From the IMG/VR virus record IMGVR_UViG_3300007609_001079, positions 1 to 64,000 of that record: a DNA stretch of 64,000 nucleotides; one strand, written 5' to 3'. The notes under the pieces were generated by a model, which saw only the letters and a list, made by a program, of their open reading frames with translations, ran no database searches and was not told the origin of the DNA. Numbering within the stretch: the stretch's first letter is position 1; each line of letters starts with the position of its first letter. Shown here piece by piece: positions 1 through 10,000 of the stretch. Made by a program: the position numbers and the translations under genes. The stretch is from a virus.

Positions 1-106
1 ATTTTCCTGTCTTTTCTAATGCTTTTTTGAAGAAAGTTTGATATTCACTTTCTTCAACCATTACTTCTCGAACGATTTCTTTTAATCTATTTCTTGATAT
101 TTTCAT
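1..106 (-). CDS. Partial ORF (runs off the left edge); probable internal head protein
   Basis: Hand translation: MKISRNRLKEIVREVMVEESEYQTFFKKALEKTGK...; its ATG overlaps the TGA of 103..993 (ATGA). Not in the ORF track. Confidence 0.7.
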   Translation of the reverse strand, partial: MKISRNRLKEIVREVMVEESEYQTFFKKALEKTGK

Positions 107-993
107 TTCTCTATCTCCTGTATTGTCTTAGCAATATTAATTAGTCTTTCCTTTATCTTATAAATATGATTTTGGGTTCTTTTCCAATATTTTTGAGAAT
201 CCAACTCATTCATCGTTTTAATCTTATTATACCAATTAAAAAACTTTTCTGTTTCTGCCAACTGATACTTTAATTCTTTAAGACCCATTGCCATCTTTTT
301 ATGTGGATGCATTGTATCATCGTTTTTTAATTCTAACCAACGATTTACTGGTCTTTTTTGTTTTGCTTCTGAAATGATTTGGTCTTTTTTAAATGATACA
401 GATGGTGTTGCTGCAATCTTACCTTTACCACCAAAGTAATCTACCTTAGCATCAATACCAAATCTTGATTTTAATATCTTAACCACACCACTACCAAACT
501 TTTCATCTTTTAGTTTGATGTAAGTTTTTCCATCGCGAGTAGTGTTTTTTATTTCCTTTTCTACAAAACGAGAACCAATGGATTTAATAAGTGAATCTAC
601 CGAATCTCCAGCAAGTTGTCCTTTAAAATCTGATTCGTTTACTGATTCATTATAGAATGATTTTAAGTATTTGTGAAATTCTTTATCAGTTCTAACTTCT
701 TTATATTGTTTATCTGATAATACTTTTTTAATAAAATCAGTTATATTCTTAGAACCTTTTTTAATGATATTTAAATCGGACATAAAAGATTCATCAACTT
801 TACCAGCTAATGTATAACCAATTCTCTTAGCCATTTTCTTCTTACGTTTCTTATCAGAAGAACCTTTATCAGAAAAAGCATTTGGGGTTTGATAACCAGC
901 AACATTACCAGTTGTGGTTACTTCATCCATCTCACTTTGAACTTCATCTATGATTTCATCTAAGTATGATTTATTATTTTGTTTCATTGACAT
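103..993 (-). CDS. Hypothetical head-region protein with several x-x-Glu junctions
   Basis: 296-aa ORF downstream of portal; acidic leader ending MDE, internal VDE/YNE/VNE/ISE motifs, C-terminal helical/coiled-coil region. Confidence 0.6.
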   Translation of the reverse strand: MSMKQNNKSYLDEIIDEVQSEMDEVTTTGNVAGYQTPNAFSDKGSSDKKRKKKMAKRIGYTLAGKVDESFMSDLNIIKKGSKNITDFIKKVLSDKQYKEVRTDKEFHKYLKSFYNESVNESDFKGQLAGDSVDSLIKSIGSRFVEKEIKNTTRDGKTYIKLKDEKFGSGVVKILKSRFGIDAKVDYFGGKGKIAATPSVSFKKDQIISEAKQKRPVNRWLELKNDDTMHPHKKMAMGLKELKYQLAETEKFFNWYNKIKTMNELDSQKYWKRTQNHIYKIKERLINIAKTIQEIEK

Positions 994-1840
994 TTTTGAT
1001 TTCCTTAATTAATTCATAAGATAACATCAATGCAGAAACTTGCTCATCTGTAATTTTCTTACCAATTTTTTGTTTCTTGAGAACATTGATAGTTTCTCTT
1101 AATTTAATTTTGGTAATTTTATCACTCATACCTTTGTAGATAGTATGAAGTTCTGTAATAGTTTTTATTAATTGGTTTTCATAATATTCACCGAACTTAG
1201 AAGTGTTAGTAACATTATTAATATACTCACGAAGAAGCCCTTTTTGGTCATCATTAAGGTTAGTATATTTTTTGTTGAAAGATTCCACAAGAATTTTGTA
1301 GGTGATTAACCTTAAATCTTTTTCTTGTTTTTTGAAATCTTCTACCAATCTATCTTCCTTTTCTTTAATTGAAGGAGTAGATGTTGAGATATGTTCTATC
1401 AAAGTTAGTTTGGAATCAAATACATCTTTAACATCAAGAACGTTAATTGCCTTTGCTTCAAATAATTTATGAATAGATGCAAGGACTTTATAGTTAGTTA
1501 CTGGAGATGATAAAAAATTATCAATATCCAACGTTTCCTTAATTGCTTTAACTAAGTTGTATTTTTCTTTTTTAAGCTTAGTATAATCTAAACGAGTGTG
1601 TGCTTCTAAAATGGCATCAACAAACTTTTCAGATTTAGATTCTGTATTATACTTTTCGTTAATCAGCATGTTGAATAAACGAAGCTCCTTAGATAATTCA
1701 GTCTTTCCACCAAAAAATTCTTTTACAATATTCTTTGATTTTTCTTCACTACCATTCAACACCTCAAGTGTAATTTGACGAGTTAATAGTTCGAAAAGAA
1801 AACCCGTATTTTTAAATTTTGAATGTCTAATTTTTTTCAT
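974..1840 (-). CDS. Helical hypothetical protein immediately downstream of portal (possible prohead core/scaffold-associated)
   Basis: Long ORF; ATG at 1840 (MKKIRHSKFKNTG) preferred over TTG at 1855; preceded by TATATTTATA. Function inferred from position only. Confidence 0.55.
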   Translation of the reverse strand: MKKIRHSKFKNTGFLFELLTRQITLEVLNGSEEKSKNIVKEFFGGKTELSKELRLFNMLINEKYNTESKSEKFVDAILEAHTRLDYTKLKKEKYNLVKAIKETLDIDNFLSSPVTNYKVLASIHKLFEAKAINVLDVKDVFDSKLTLIEHISTSTPSIKEKEDRLVEDFKKQEKDLRLITYKILVESFNKKYTNLNDDQKGLLREYINNVTNTSKFGEYYENQLIKTITELHTIYKGMSDKITKIKLRETINVLKKQKIGKKITDEQVSALMLSYELIKEIKNVNETK

Positions 1841-1880
1841 TTTGTTTAATTCCAATTATGATATGGTAAAATTATCCTAT

Positions 1881-1890
1881 TATAAATATA
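1881..1890 (-). promoter_or_regulatory. TATATTTATA putative phage late promoter
   Basis: Exact 10-mer in the intergenic gap; recurs upstream of many gene starts in this window. Confidence 0.7.
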
Positions 1891-1907
1891 AATTTATAAA
1901 AGATAAC

Positions 1908-3641
1908 TTAATTTTCTGTATCTTCGAGAATATTGTCCTCACTCAACATACTCCCATTTTCGTGTAAATATTTTCTCTTTGATGCAATTCCGTTGATGAT
2001 TTTCAACGCTTTTTCTTCGGATGTTCGAGAACGTTTTGAGGTTCTTTCATCATCACCAAGAGGGTCTCTACCATAAGGGTGTTTATCTTTTCCATAGGTT
2101 CCACCTTCTCTCGGTCTACCACCCTTATCTTTAATTTCTTGTTTTAGTTGTTCCAATGATTCTTCAATATCATTTGGTTCTTCATCATCCATTGCAGGGT
2201 CATTACCTTCATCTTCAATAGAACGGAAACGATATCTATCTTTTAAATCATCTAACATTTTAACTCGTTGTTCATCTTGTTCACCATCAGATAGTTTAAA
2301 GATGTTTTCATATACCCAATCTTTGGATAACATATTAAGACCTTGGATATCTTGAGCCAATCTAATTTTCTCTGACCAAAGATTTACTTTTTCTTGTTCG
2401 TAAATTGTAGATGGGTTTACTAATGATAAACTAAAATTAGTCATCTCTGAATCTTGGATACCTTGTGAGTATAAGTGAACGATGGCAATTTTAGATAATT
2501 CCGAAATTACTGTTCTTTGGATTCTTTCAATTGTTCTTGCAAATCTTACATCTTCTGCAGCAAGGGTTGCTTTACCATTTACATTTTCTTCGTACCCTAA
2601 ATAAGCACGAGGAATTTTTAATGCAGCAAACATCTTGTTCTTTAAGTAATCGATATCATCCAATGAAGGTGTATCTAAGCCTGGTAGGTTTTCAATAGAT
2701 GTTCCACTATCTCCACCACGAACCGGTAAGAAGAAATCTTCTGTTAGGTTCTGCATATTATACTTTAAGTTATAATCGCCGGTGTTTCTATCAACAAAAG
2801 GAACTTTCTTCATCTTGTTGATAATTCTTTGCATGTAATTATCAACTTCAGTAGGAGCAATGTTTCCAATATCAATTTTGAAAACTCTCTTTTCAGGTGC
2901 TCTCATAATTCTGTGGATTAACATTGCATCTTCCATTAAAGAAATCTGTTTCCACAATCTTCTACCATTTTCAATCATTGATTTTCCATATGGTAACCAA
3001 TTGGTATCCGCTAATAATCTGAAGTGTGCAATTTCAAAATTTTCGTATTCTTCTTTTCCATTCGGGTCCTCGGTAATTTTAAACTTTACTGAGTTTGGAT
3101 TTGAAGGGTCGGTTCTTTCTAATCTTTCGGTATTGTAAACAGAATGTGGAGTAACGTTAACGATACCCTTACCTTCTGCAACTTCTAAACCTAAAAAGAA
3201 ATCTCCATACTTACACATATTACGAACCCAGGGCCATAAATTAAACTCTACGTTCATTACATCGTAAAATAAGTTATTAAGAACATCTTGAACTTTTTCA
3301 TTATCTGAATGAACTAATAGGATATCACCAAACTCATTTTTTAAAGTAGATTCATCTGCGTAGATATCTAATGCAGAAGCAAGAATAGGGTCATTATCCA
3401 TTGCATCATAATCACGGAAAACTTCTCTACGAACTTGTTGGTATGCCATTGATTGTGCACCACCTGCTTGTTCATAGAAAGATTTCTGTAACTTAGTGTA
3501 TCTATCTCTTAGAGATGATAAGTTAGTTTGCTGTCTTTCATCAGTATCATATACTTTTCTCTTACCATCCTTATCAACCGTAACTATTGCTTGAGAACGA
3601 AAGAGTTTAGTTAACCTCCCAAAAAATGAAGTATCTGCCAT
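1908..3641 (-). CDS. gp20: T4-like portal protein
   Basis: EDAMLIHRIMRAPEKRVFKIDIGN, EDFFLPVRGG, IENLPG, DIDYLKNKMFAALKIP, EDVRFARTIERIQ match the conserved T4 gp20 blocks. Confidence 0.95.
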   Translation of the reverse strand: MADTSFFGRLTKLFRSQAIVTVDKDGKRKVYDTDERQQTNLSSLRDRYTKLQKSFYEQAGGAQSMAYQQVRREVFRDYDAMDNDPILASALDIYADESTLKNEFGDILLVHSDNEKVQDVLNNLFYDVMNVEFNLWPWVRNMCKYGDFFLGLEVAEGKGIVNVTPHSVYNTERLERTDPSNPNSVKFKITEDPNGKEEYENFEIAHFRLLADTNWLPYGKSMIENGRRLWKQISLMEDAMLIHRIMRAPEKRVFKIDIGNIAPTEVDNYMQRIINKMKKVPFVDRNTGDYNLKYNMQNLTEDFFLPVRGGDSGTSIENLPGLDTPSLDDIDYLKNKMFAALKIPRAYLGYEENVNGKATLAAEDVRFARTIERIQRTVISELSKIAIVHLYSQGIQDSEMTNFSLSLVNPSTIYEQEKVNLWSEKIRLAQDIQGLNMLSKDWVYENIFKLSDGEQDEQRVKMLDDLKDRYRFRSIEDEGNDPAMDDEEPNDIEESLEQLKQEIKDKGGRPREGGTYGKDKHPYGRDPLGDDERTSKRSRTSEEKALKIINGIASKRKYLHENGSMLSEDNILEDTEN

Positions 3642-3678
3642 TTTGTTTTTTCTTTAAATTATAACCTTTATTGTATTA

Positions 3679-4059
3679 TTACCATTTTCTACAAGACCAA
3701 TATCTTGCTTTGTGCCTTGGACCTGGTGAATCACAATTGTGTCTTGCTCTAAAAGCTTTTCGTGCATCAGGATTATTTTTACGAATTTTCATCGTTTTTC
3801 CTTTTGCAGAACTTCCACCATGTCCAAAGTTTACTTTGACAACGTTTCCTTGGGGGTTTTTAACATATACTTTGAATTTCTTGACATCACCTTGCATCGG
3901 TTTACCAAGTTTTACTTTTCTACCTTGATACTCAGCTTCGTTCATATCAGCTTTGTATTCTTTCATGAATTCGCAAAATTCTTTGATGTCATGGTAGTTT
4001 TCCACCACATACTCTTCACAATATGAATTATTTTCTAATAAGCTAGATAAATTTATCAT
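3679..4059 (-). CDS. Small basic protein of T4-like phages (RKAFRARHNC...ARYWSC type), possibly head-packaged
   Basis: Acidic leader ending MNE followed by a very basic domain; AGGAGA SD and TATATTTATA upstream. Confidence 0.65.
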   Translation of the reverse strand: MINLSSLLENNSYCEEYVVENYHDIKEFCEFMKEYKADMNEAEYQGRKVKLGKPMQGDVKKFKVYVKNPQGNVVKVNFGHGGSSAKGKTMKIRKNNPDARKAFRARHNCDSPGPRHKARYWSCRKW

Positions 4060-4077
4060 TATTTCTTCTCCTTATAG

Positions 4078-4087
4078 TATAAATATA
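4078..4087 (-). promoter_or_regulatory. TATATTTATA putative late promoter
   Basis: Exact 10-mer ~19 nt upstream of the 4059 start. Confidence 0.7.
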
Positions 4088-4109
4088 TAATAATTAAATT
4101 ATAACTATT

Positions 4110-5705
4110 TTACAACAACCACGTTAAATCTTCTTGGGAACCATTAACATCGATTGACCATGGATTTTGTTCCAATGATGAATTACCACCAAACCCACCT
4201 CCACCACTTCCAATAGAAGTTTGGTTAGTAGAAATACTACCAAGTGCGTTTAAGGTTAAATCCATCCCTTCTTGCCTTAATCTAAGTGCGGTATCTCGAA
4301 CCCAAAGGGATATTGATAAGGACATAACTAAATCATCATTATATCCTCTCATTGCTTCAGCACGATTTCCATTCCATATAAAAGTAAATAACTCATCTAT
4401 GGTTCTCGTTGAACGTATAAGAACTTCTTTCTCTCTGATGTATTGTTCCATTTTAGAAATAATCAAAGGACGAGTTTTAGAAGTTGTTGAAAATCCAGCG
4501 GTCATATTTCGTTCTTCTGCTCGGTATTTATTATGTAATTGATGTTCTACATCCACATACTTTAAATCCTTACTCATATAGAAAAGGTTTTGATATCCTC
4601 TATCGATTACTTGTTGAATTACTGCCCAACCAATATTTGCGTTTTCAATTACGAGCAGTGCATTGTTGTAATCCGTTGATAATGATACGAGAAAGTTTCC
4701 AAAATCTTTGGTATCTAATTTACCTTTATATTCTGCAACTTGTGCGGAGTTCTCTATATCGATAACATGACATGCAGAGAAATCAGCAGAATCACCACGA
4801 GCAACATCGGCAACGACCATATAAGATTTCTGATAGTTAGGGTATTCCCATTTCCAAAGGTTTCCATCGAACCCAGTCTTTTCTACCGGTTCTTGACAGT
4901 AAGTTTCTTTGTAGAACATTAAAAGTTGTGGGTCGATTACAGTATCACCTGAACTTACAAAATCACAATCACATTCTTGTGCTGCACCTTTTGGTCCTAA
5001 AAGAACTTCTTGCTCATCTCTCCAAGTTTGGTCTCGTTCAGGATGAACTGACCAATGTAATCGGATAGTGTTAAAGGCATTACTACCATCTTCTGCACCT
5101 ACCCAAGTTTTGTGGAAGAAATTACCTACCCCATTTGGAGTTGATAAGATAATTGCGTTACCACCCGTTGATAAGGTAGATTGAGCAGATACCCAAATTT
5201 CTTCAATCTTATCGATAAAGGCTGCCTCATCAAATACTAATAAGGATAGTGCTTCAGAACGACCCGCATCACCTGCTGCAGATGTTGCTTTGATTTGAGA
5301 ACCATTTGAATATCGTAAAGATAATTTGTTATCTTCTACTGTTGTTTGTTTTAACCAAGAAGGTAAATACTGATTCATTACTCGAACCTTGGTTACCAAG
5401 TTTTTTGCAACCTCTTGTTTGGTTGCAATTACAAGAACGTTAAAATCTTGATTGAATAACATCTTCCATAATGAAAATCCTGCAGTTAAGGTTGATATAC
5501 CTGTTTGACGAGATTTTAAAATGATGTTATATCGATGTTCGTGAAATTGTGTTAGAGTTGATTCTTGGAATGGATATAATTGAAAAGGAATTTTACCACG
5601 AACTGGGTGTTGTATCATACAATACTTCTTCATGAAGTATATAGGGTCACCAGCACACTTCTGATACTCTAATTTAATTATATCTTTTAACGTTTGTTTA
5701 GCCAT
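4110..5705 (-). CDS. gp17: Terminase large subunit (T4 gp17-like)
   Basis: FQLYPFQ adenine motif, Walker A KSRQTGIST, Walker B LLVFDEAAF, coupling motif STPNG, nuclease motifs ADVARG, IENAN, DDLVMS. Confidence 0.95.
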   Translation of the reverse strand: MAKQTLKDIIKLEYQKCAGDPIYFMKKYCMIQHPVRGKIPFQLYPFQESTLTQFHEHRYNIILKSRQTGISTLTAGFSLWKMLFNQDFNVLVIATKQEVAKNLVTKVRVMNQYLPSWLKQTTVEDNKLSLRYSNGSQIKATSAAGDAGRSEALSLLVFDEAAFIDKIEEIWVSAQSTLSTGGNAIILSTPNGVGNFFHKTWVGAEDGSNAFNTIRLHWSVHPERDQTWRDEQEVLLGPKGAAQECDCDFVSSGDTVIDPQLLMFYKETYCQEPVEKTGFDGNLWKWEYPNYQKSYMVVADVARGDSADFSACHVIDIENSAQVAEYKGKLDTKDFGNFLVSLSTDYNNALLVIENANIGWAVIQQVIDRGYQNLFYMSKDLKYVDVEHQLHNKYRAEERNMTAGFSTTSKTRPLIISKMEQYIREKEVLIRSTRTIDELFTFIWNGNRAEAMRGYNDDLVMSLSISLWVRDTALRLRQEGMDLTLNALGSISTNQTSIGSGGGGFGGNSSLEQNPWSIDVNGSQEDLTWLL

Positions 5706-6106
5706 TATTTAGCAGTAAGATATAGGAACCCAAGTACACCGGCTGCATAAGTTCCTATTTTATAGAAAAATGTTTTTCTCTTTTCTCGTTTGAGTTCTTT
5801 AAGTAGTTGTTTAGATTTTTCTGATTCTAAACCAAATTGTTCATCTTTTTTTGAAATAATAGTTTCCAAGTTGATAACTTTAGAATTTAAGTTACCGATG
5901 ACAGAATCCTTTAGAACAACTTTCTTTTGTTCTAATTTTAAAAGTTCTTGAAGAGATAGTAATTCTAACTTTACACCATCCCCTTCAATTAAATCTTTAA
6001 TTACTAGTTTCGCTATTGGTTTTTTCAATGATACTATCGTATCGTTTTGCGAAAAACTCTTGAAGCTCACTAATAGTAAAATTATTAACAGAATTCCTTT
6101 TTTCAT
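5705..6106 (-). CDS. Exported coiled-coil protein with C-terminal hydrophobic anchor (candidate spanin partner)
   Basis: Signal peptide MKKGILLIILLLVSFKSFS/Q, coiled coil, C-terminal FFYKIGTYAAGVLGFLYL; own AAGGAG SD inside the upstream gene. Confidence 0.5.
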   Translation of the reverse strand: MKKGILLIILLLVSFKSFSQNDTIVSLKKPIAKLVIKDLIEGDGVKLELLSLQELLKLEQKKVVLKDSVIGNLNSKVINLETIISKKDEQFGLESEKSKQLLKELKREKRKTFFYKIGTYAAGVLGFLYLTAK

Positions 6107-6371
6107 CTGTGTTTCTCCTTATTGTAAAAATATTATTTTGAACTCTATCTATATCACCATCGATTAATTGGAGTTCTGTATGTAACGATTCTATTAAATT
6201 ATCCAATTCAGTATTCATAGTTTGGATAGAATCTATTTCTTTACCAATGTTTTCAATTTTTTCATTAAACCCATCAATATCGGTTTTAATCTGTCTCATA
6301 TTGTACAAATTAAAAACCAGCAATCCAAGGATTACGATTAAAACTAAATATTGATTTCGTCCTCCCGTCAT
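5997..6371 (-). CDS. N-terminally anchored coiled-coil membrane protein (i-spanin-like)
   Basis: TM segment YLVLIVILGLLVFNLY then heptad-rich coiled coil; overlaps the next gene by 110 nt. Confidence 0.5.
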   Translation of the reverse strand: MTGGRNQYLVLIVILGLLVFNLYNMRQIKTDIDGFNEKIENIGKEIDSIQTMNTELDNLIESLHTELQLIDGDIDRVQNNIFTIRRNTDEKRNSVNNFTISELQEFFAKRYDSIIEKTNSETSN

Positions 6372-6373
6372 GA

Positions 6374-7030
6374 CTATAAGTAATGTTCTAAATTGTTTTT
6401 CTTTAATGTTGCAAAGGCCATAATTCGTTTGGTTTCCAATTCTTCTAACTCTTTGGTACCATTATCAATCATTTCTTGAATATCTGCCTTAGTTTCTTCA
6501 ACTGATTTTGGCAATTCCCACTTTTCAGTAGAACCATCTTCGTTTACATATTCATAATATGGTTTAACATCGAGAAGAGCTTGTTTAAGTTCTTCTAATC
6601 TCATCTTACCATAGACCAACATGTTAGTTGATACTTTATATTCTTCGTATTCTTTCCAAAAACCACTTGTTCTGATAATATGTTCTTGTTTTATCATACA
6701 ATCAAGACAAAACCCAGTCTTTTTGATTAAAGTTTTATCTTTTGTAGTTTTTTTTATGGTTTCACAATTAGGAGATTTACATTCAGTTCTTTTCTGAACA
6801 TAATTACGAATTTCTTGCAATGCATCGGAGTTTTTACCAGTCTTAGTGATAAATCCATCCTTTTGTTCGTATTTGTAATGTTCATCTTCCCATACATCAC
6901 CAATTTCGTGAGTTTCCTTTGTTTTAGTGTATCCAATAGTGGTATTTTTATCGTACACACCAGTTTGTACCATATCTACCAACTTTCTACGAGTTGGGTG
7001 CATGTATTTCTTTTTGAATTCTTTACTCAT
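6374..7030 (-). CDS. Hypothetical protein with a 4-Cys putative Zn site
   Basis: CKSPNC...FCLDC; preceded by TATATTTATA. Confidence 0.6.
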   Translation of the reverse strand: MSKEFKKKYMHPTRRKLVDMVQTGVYDKNTTIGYTKTKETHEIGDVWEDEHYKYEQKDGFITKTGKNSDALQEIRNYVQKRTECKSPNCETIKKTTKDKTLIKKTGFCLDCMIKQEHIIRTSGFWKEYEEYKVSTNMLVYGKMRLEELKQALLDVKPYYEYVNEDGSTEKWELPKSVEETKADIQEMIDNGTKELEELETKRIMAFATLKKNNLEHYL

Positions 7031-7057
7031 TATTACATATTAGGTTATACCTTGATA

Positions 7058-7067
7058 TATAAATATA
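7058..7067 (-). promoter_or_regulatory. TATATTTATA putative late promoter
   Basis: Exact 10-mer ~28 nt upstream of the 7030 start; heads the run that includes the terminase. Confidence 0.7.
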
Positions 7068-7090
7068 TAAAAAAGAAGAAAACGATAAAT

Positions 7091-10000
7091 TTAGAAGAAT
7101 ATACCCAATAGTTGATTTACAGATGCGAATGCACCAGTCAATTTGAAAGTATTTCCTTTATATTGGAAAACAATTCCTTCATTTGGTACAATTTTAGAAG
7201 GACCACCAATAGATTGTAATCGTTTTAACTCTAATTTTAATTTTTCAATCTTTTTAGGGTCACCTGATTTCTTAACATCTTTAATTGTCTTATCTATTCT
7301 CTTTTTTATCGAGCGAACTGCTTCATCTGGGTTTACAGTAAGTACTGATGATGTAAATTCTAATACATCTGCACCAACCCCTAAGAAAATATTTTCAAAT
7401 TTCATTAAATTATCTTTTGAAATTTTCTTTTGGTCTTGTGAATCAATTTTCTTTGCCCAAATTAGAGTTTTTTCATCAGCAATATTCTTTTTATCTAATC
7501 TAAACTTCTTATCCATGAATGCCCATCTCTTAACTAACCCCATTAGAGTTTTATTATCGAGTGTTGTTGGTGAATTTTTAGTAATCCATTGTTTCCACCA
7601 CTCTTGGTGGTATTCTGCAACTCCATCAGTATCCTTTAAACCGAATTCTTTTTGTAATTTAGAAATTTGTGAGGTATATTTTCCTTTTTTAGAGGATAAT
7701 TGTTGTGATTTTGGTAATTTAATTACAGGTGGACCTTGAATTGTGTAATTATTTTGTACATCTTTGTTGATTTGTTTAATCATACCTGCCAAGATTCTCC
7801 CAGCATCTGCATTTTCTCCAATTGCAACACCATTCTCATCATATTCCATTGTTCCATGTAATACTAATAGAGGTTGACCATAAGGAATTACATTTACTGA
7901 AGTAGGATATATTACTTCAAGGTTCATAAAACACGAACCTCCTTTAAAAATCTTCTCTCGTTGTTTTGATGATAGTGATTTAATAGAATCAGATAAATCT
8001 TTCATAGCAAAGTTGTATGCTTTTTCCAATTCACCCCTTCCAGCGAACTTATCAGCAACTGCTTTTATATCTAATGCATTCTCACCACTATTTTTTAGAT
8101 GTCCTTTATTTCTTGCAGCAACTAATCTTCCATTTACCCAAGAAACTGCAAGTGCTTGACCATCAGTTTTTTCTCGTGTAAATTCTAAGTTACCTTCCAA
8201 TGCACGATTAACGATATCTTTAAGTTGTCCAAAGGTTAAGTTGATTTCAGTATCAAATGGATGATTCATATGCCCATATGCACCACCTTCCATTAACATA
8301 TTAGATTCGTTAATATTTTCTTTTATTAACTGGTCTGATGTTTTAGTTGTTGGATAAAACATCTCAACAATATGATTATCTAAATCCTCTAATAACTTAT
8401 CTATATTATCATTCATACCTTCGTTATATTTTTCTTTAAATGCAGTATGCATCTTTTGTATATCAGTTGGTATAGATAATTTTAATTTATCAGTTGATTC
8501 ACTTAAAGATTCACCCAATCCACCTCTATCATGTTTGGAGAATTTACTTAGTTTATCATATGCTCTGAATGATTTTAATTTATCTTGTTTTATTGGTCTC
8601 ATATCAGATAGTTGTTTGTATCTCATATGATTTTTAACAACGTATAAAACATTAGCAACATTACCACCAACGGACTTAATCCAATCTTTATATTTCTTTA
8701 CCAATGAAGCAGAAACTTTTTCGTGCCCAAAGTGTGTAATATGACCCTTCTTTGGATGAATACCTGCGGTTTCATCTTTTCCTATATCGTGAAACATTGC
8801 TGCTATTGCAATATCAATATCATCATCTTTTAAAGAACGATTTACAACTGTAATTGTATGTTTTAAAACATTACCCTCTGGATGTTTATCCAACCTCTGT
8901 CCAAAGTTTTTTAAGTTATATACCCTTTTTTGTAATTCAGATGGCATTTTTTTGAATAGTGATTTGAAATTAGTAATTCCTAACTTTTCAAGTTCCTTAC
9001 CTTCACTTAAACGAACCATAGATTCTTTACTTCTAAAATCTCGGTTAGAACCTTTGTTATTCTTAAATCCAAATGATTTATAGAACTGAACTAATCTTGA
9101 TTTCGAACCACCAAAATCCGAACTTGGTGTTGTGAAAATATCTTTGTTATTTTGTTGTGCATATTTTATCAAGTCTTGCATTACCTTAGAACCAATACCT
9201 TTATTTCGTTGGTCTTGTGGTACTACAACTCTTCTCAACTCTAAGTGATTTGGGTATTCGTAAATATCTAAATCAACTTTATATTTACTTGATAAAGTAT
9301 TTTCAATTCCTTCATTTATTTTTGTAATTTGTTCGTTTTTAGGAGAGAATTTCTCTACTTCCTTTGCACGTAAAACAGGTAAGAACTTAAACTTAGCTCG
9401 TTTCAATATTCTACCTTTTTTTCTAACTACATTCTTGTGAACTACCTGAGATTGTTTGATAGATAAATCGGATTTCTTTATATCGGGAAATAATTCTTTT
9501 GCAAACTCATCATAAACTTGTCGGTATGCCATCTTGTAAGCAATCTTTTTAAGTTTAGAAAGAGGTTTTCTTCTCTTCATTGTTCTTGCTCGTCTCCTTG
9601 CTATTTGAGCTCTCTTACCAGCCATTGCAGCTTTTCTTCTCAACTTATCAGCTGGTCTCATCTTACCTCGTTCTTCTAAATCTTCAGATTCTCCCAATAT
9701 ACCATTCTTTTCTTGCCATGAATCAAATGCATCATAATCGTATTCTTGTTGTTGAGAATCCCAACCACACGAATGACATAGATACTTTTCGTTATCATCA
9801 GATTCTATTTCCCATGAATGATTACATTTTTCACATTGGATTGTAGTTCCTGCGAGTTCTACTACAAAGTTTTCATTCATATATCTGAATGTAACTACTT
9901 TCTTACCATTAATAGTTGGCATACCATGTTCATCTTTACCAATAGATTTAACAACAACTTTTTTGTTCTTAAATTTACCCATTAATAAAGTATCACCAAT

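Noticed and set aside
3659-3669. AAAGGTTATAA upstream of portal, repeated upstream of 37280
   Set aside because: Only two clear copies; may be a weak ribosome-binding site, not enough to call an element.
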